Origin: Allocoleopsis franciscana PCC 7113
GTDB lineage: Bacteria; Cyanobacteriota; Cyanobacteriia; Cyanobacteriales; Coleofasciculaceae
Reading direction: 5' to 3'
Assembly (NCBI RefSeq): GCF_000317515.1
Contig: NC_019738.1
Coordinates: forward strand, 1,617,623-1,681,622
Length of the DNA: 64,000 bases
Numbering within the stretch: position 1 is the stretch's first letter; each line of letters begins with the position of its first letter. Below the pieces are notes generated by a model, which searched no databases, was not told the DNA's origin, and saw nothing but the letters and a program-made list of their open reading frames with translations. Below, piece after piece: positions 60,632-64,000 of this stretch. The translations under genes were made by a program, and so were the position numbers.

Positions 60632-61700
60632 TTATTGATCGTGCGATCGCATCAGTTCTCGCCAATCATCAGGATATTCGCTCTTTTCAAAAGCAGCCAG
60701 AGAACGCACAGGTGCTTGATGTTTGCGGCTAAATTCGATTTCTCCCCCTAACTCATTCAACAGTTTTTCTGGACGGATTCCTAAATCTTTATCCTCTGGT
60801 ACAAATAAACGCAGTTGATTCGATAAATCCAGGTACGTTTTGTTATACGGGGTAGCGGTTAGCAAAATACATCGACTTTCATTCAGCGCAATATATTCCT
60901 GAATTGCCCGATAACGCTTACCCTGCCGATTCCGCAAGTTATGACTTTCGTCAATCAATACCACCCGATAACGACGTTCATTCGGTAACTCCGTCTGCAC
61001 CCGACTAATGGAGAGAACTTTTGCCCGGAGTCCATAGCGGTGAACATAGTCCTCCCACATCGTTACTAAGTTTTTAGGGCAAATAATTAGGGTTTATAAG
61101 AAAAAATCTTCTTCTAAAATCTTGGCTAACGTTGTTGCAATTAACGTTTTGCCCAACCCCACCACATCCCCGATTAATACCCCACCTCTACGGTTGACGT
61201 GACGCGCAGCAATTTGAACCGCAGCTTTTTGGAAGTCAAACAACTGATTCTTAACATCGCGAGGAATCTGATATTCAGCTAATCCCGCCCTGGCTTCCTG
61301 GGATAAGTGATAAGCAATTTTCAGATAAATATAGTAAGGCGGAATCAGCTTTTCTCTCGCCCAACTGTTATCGATAATTTCAACCAATTCTTGGGAAATA
61401 TCGATACACCAACGGTCATTCCATCGGTCATCAAACCACTTTTGCAGCTTTTGACAAGCATCATGGTCTAAAACATCAATATTCAATTCCCCTTGATGTT
61501 CTAGCCCAGACAAAGTAAGATTGCTACTTCCCAAAAACCCAATCGTGGGATTAATGATATCACTGCGATGAACTAGGTAAAGTTTGGCATGAAGAGGATG
61601 TCTGAGAAACAGTTTAACAATAACTTTCTGATTTTTTAGCTTAGAACCGCCAACAAAAAAGCGCCCCCCTTGCGGAGAGCGCTTTTTTTAAGCTAAATTC
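60632..61700 (-). pseudogene. Decayed PLD(HKD)-nuclease / SNF2-family helicase gene, truncated at both ends and frameshifted
   Basis: The upstream in-frame extension reads ...HAKLYLVHRSDIINPTIGFLGSSNLT (an HxK(x)4D PLD motif) with no start codon. A stop at 61700 sits directly against the psbA terminator. Walker A is GDVVGLGKT, and the second fragment has DESHNLRN (motif II) and LLTATP (motif III). The frame is broken between 61060 and 61094, and there are no helicase C-terminal motifs. Confidence 0.6.
61650..61692 (-). terminator. psbA intrinsic terminator: a GC-rich hairpin flanked by an A-run and a T-run
   Basis: The sequence aaaaaagcgccccccttgcggagagcgcttttttt lies 20 to 50 bp downstream of the psbA stop. 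Confidence 0.6.
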
Positions 61701-61707
61701 TTAAGAA

Positions 61708-62790
61708 TTAGCCATTGATGACAGGAGCGGTTAGAGCCACAGGAGCCGCTTCACCAGCCGCTAAGTCGAGGGGGAAGTTGTGAGCGTTACGCTCGTGCAT
61801 TACTTCAAATCCCAAGTTAGCGCGGTTGAGTACATCAGCCCAGGTGCCAATCACGCGACCTTGTGAGTCGATGATGGACTGGTTGAAGTTGAATCCATTC
61901 AGGTTGAACGCCATGGTGCTGATGCCCAAAGCGGTGAACCAAATGCCAACTACAGGCCAAGCAGCGAGGAAGAAGTGCAAGCTACGGCTGTTGTTGAAAG
62001 AAGCATATTGGAAAATCAACCGACCGAAGTAACCGTGAGCAGCAACGATGTTGTAGGTTTCTTCTTCTTGACCGAACTTGTAACCGTAGTTCTGAGATTC
62101 GGTTTCAGTTGTCTCACGCACCAAGCTGGAGGTGACCAAAGAACCGTGCATTGCACTGAACAAGGAACCGCCGAACACACCAGCCACACCGAGTTGGTGG
62201 AAGGGGTGCATCAGGATGTTGTGCTCAGCTTGGAACACGAACATGAAGTTGAAGGTTCCAGAGATGCCCAGGGGCATACCATCAGAGAAAGAACCTTGTC
62301 CGATGGGGTAAATCAGGAATACAGCGGTTGCAGCCGCCACAGGAGCGCTGTAAGCAACAGCAATCCAAGGGCGCATCCCTAAGCGGTAGCTGAGTTCCCA
62401 CTCACGTCCCATGTAGCAGAAGACGCCGATGAGGAAGTGGAAAATTACCAACTGGTAAGGGCCACCGTTGTAAAGCCACTCGTCTAAGCTAGCTGCTTCC
62501 CAAATTGGGTAGAAGTGCAAGCCGATGGCGTTAGAAGAAGGAACAACGGCTCCACTGATGATGTTGTTACCAAACAGCAGAGAGCCAGCAACAGGCTCAC
62601 GGATACCATCGATGTCCACAGGAGGAGCAGCGATGAAGGCGATGATAAAGCAGGTAGTGGCAGTTAGCAGGGTAGGAATCATCAGGACACCGAACCAGCC
62701 TACATAGAGGCGGTTGTTGGTGCTAGTGACCCACTCGCAAAACCGTTCCCACACGTTCGCAGATTCGCGACGCTGTAATGTGGTTGTCAT
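61708..62790 (-). CDS. psbA: Photosystem II reaction-centre protein D1
   Basis: 360 aa, nearly identical to the canonical D1 ([42 protein letters not shown]...[26 protein letters not shown]...[23 protein letters not shown]). Confidence 0.97.
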   Translation of the reverse strand: MTTTLQRRESANVWERFCEWVTSTNNRLYVGWFGVLMIPTLLTATTCFIIAFIAAPPVDIDGIREPVAGSLLFGNNIISGAVVPSSNAIGLHFYPIWEAASLDEWLYNGGPYQLVIFHFLIGVFCYMGREWELSYRLGMRPWIAVAYSAPVAAATAVFLIYPIGQGSFSDGMPLGISGTFNFMFVFQAEHNILMHPFHQLGVAGVFGGSLFSAMHGSLVTSSLVRETTETESQNYGYKFGQEEETYNIVAAHGYFGRLIFQYASFNNSRSLHFFLAAWPVVGIWFTALGISTMAFNLNGFNFNQSIIDSQGRVIGTWADVLNRANLGFEVMHERNAHNFPLDLAAGEAAPVALTAPVING

Positions 62791-62917
62791 GTTTTTATGA
62801 TGGCTTAATAATTTTTCAAGGTTCAGCGGGCGCTTTTGTGTTCGCCCATACTTAACTTAACCCATCTGTTGCGTTTTGTAAAGTTCTTCAAACTTTTTTT
62901 AGAATCCCTCAGTCGTG

Positions 62918-63280
<363 letters not shown>

Positions 63281-63415
63281 TTATGAAAGCGACTCAGACT
63301 GCTAGCAATTTTACGTAATCAGCATCCTGGAACGAAACTAAATCCAGTAATTTCCCGGTTCAGTAACCCAGAGGACAAGCCCTATACTCGCGCTTAAGTG
63401 TCAGGGGAATTGAGA

Positions 63416-64000
63416 TGCTAGCTAGAGTTTGGAGCGCTTCTATTGTAGGAATCGATGCGGTTAAGGTGGGTGTTGAAGTGGATGTGTCTGGTGGGTTGCC
63501 GGGAATTGTCGTGGTTGGTTTACCCGATACAGCCGTTCAAGAATCACGAGAACGAGTCAAGGCGGCACTGAAGAATGCGGGTTTTGCCTTTCCCATGCGG
63601 AAGATTGTGGTGAACCTGACACCGGCTGACTTGCGTAAAGAAGGGCCAAGCTTTGATTTACCCATTAGTGTGGGCATTATGGCGGCTTCAGAGCAGGTGA
63701 GTGCCGAATTGTTGGGCGATTACCTATTTTTAGGAGAAGTTTCCCTGGATGGCAATCTGCGACCCGTTGCGGGTGTATTACCGATTGCGGCGGCGGCTAA
63801 ACGACTGGAGATTGCGGGTTTGATCGTTCCGGCGGATAATGCACGAGAGGCGGCAGTTGTACAGGGATTAGTGGTTTACGGTTTCCAGAATTTAGCGCAA
63901 GTGGCTGACTTTCTGAATCAGCCAGAGCGTTACTCCCCGGTGCAGATGGATGGGTTACAGGCGTTGCGAACCTCTCGGTCAACGGGGCCAGACTTAAAAG
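63416..64000 (+). CDS. comM: YifB/ComM-family Mg-chelatase-like AAA+ ATPase (3'-truncated by the window end)
   Basis: The N-terminal ChlI/Lon-like domain reads MLARVWSASIVGIDAVKVGVEVDVSGGLPGIVVVGLPDTAVQESRERVKAAL. The ORF runs off the window end without a stop. Confidence 0.75.

Overview
This 64 kb window is almost certainly cyanobacterial chromosome, probably from a filamentous or large-genome strain. The evidence is that the octamer GCGATCGC (HIP1) occurs at least ~30 times by eye, against about 1 expected by chance, plus psbA (photosystem II D1), the regulators RpaB and cyAbrB, SLH-OprB porins, the Δ6 desaturase DesD, NADH-GOGAT gltB/gltD and a WD40 Ser/Thr kinase. Most of the window is core housekeeping: three SLH/OprB porin paralogs beside an sphR-sphS-phoU phosphate-sensing cluster; radA with rpaB divergent; desD; gltB and gltD separated by an Uma2 endonuclease gene; sppA, type-2 idi, pyrR, cobD, cobI, an Rrf2 regulator, cyAbrB, a GT39 glycosyltransferase, a NhaP-type antiporter, a TonB-like protein, a second two-component pair, fasciclin, GH57, cax, psbA, HIT, and comM (3' partial).
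The accessory or unusual content is:
- A complete ~1.77 kb insertion sequence (24439..26211) with 24-bp terminal inverted repeats and an 8-bp target-site duplication (AAGCCGAT). It splits a conserved ~500-aa cyanobacterial gene into two ORFs (26132..26941 and 23658..24446). It carries a frameshift-split DDE transposase, a passenger ORF and three copies of a palindrome, TTATTCGCGA-N7-TCGCGAATAA.
- A dispersed ~34-bp G/C-run hairpin repeat family (four copies), two of which form an inverted pair that looks like a MITE.
- A decayed island next to psbA holding an IS4/IS5-like transposase remnant and a 5'/3'-truncated, frameshifted PLD(HKD)-SNF2 helicase pseudogene.
- A TonB-like protein with five near-identical 54-bp (18-aa) tandem repeats after its TonB_C domain.
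- Two large ORF-free regions (26942..27907 and 41757..43291) with tandem TATAAT-containing repeats and several perfect palindromes.
- A candidate operator, AATGTTGATWWATT x3, between a divergent XRE-type regulator gene and a small ORF.
- STRR-like heptamer tandem repeats.
No tRNA, rRNA or CRISPR array was recognised. I could not run any database search, so all family assignments come from recognised sequence motifs and should be confirmed by HMM or BLAST.
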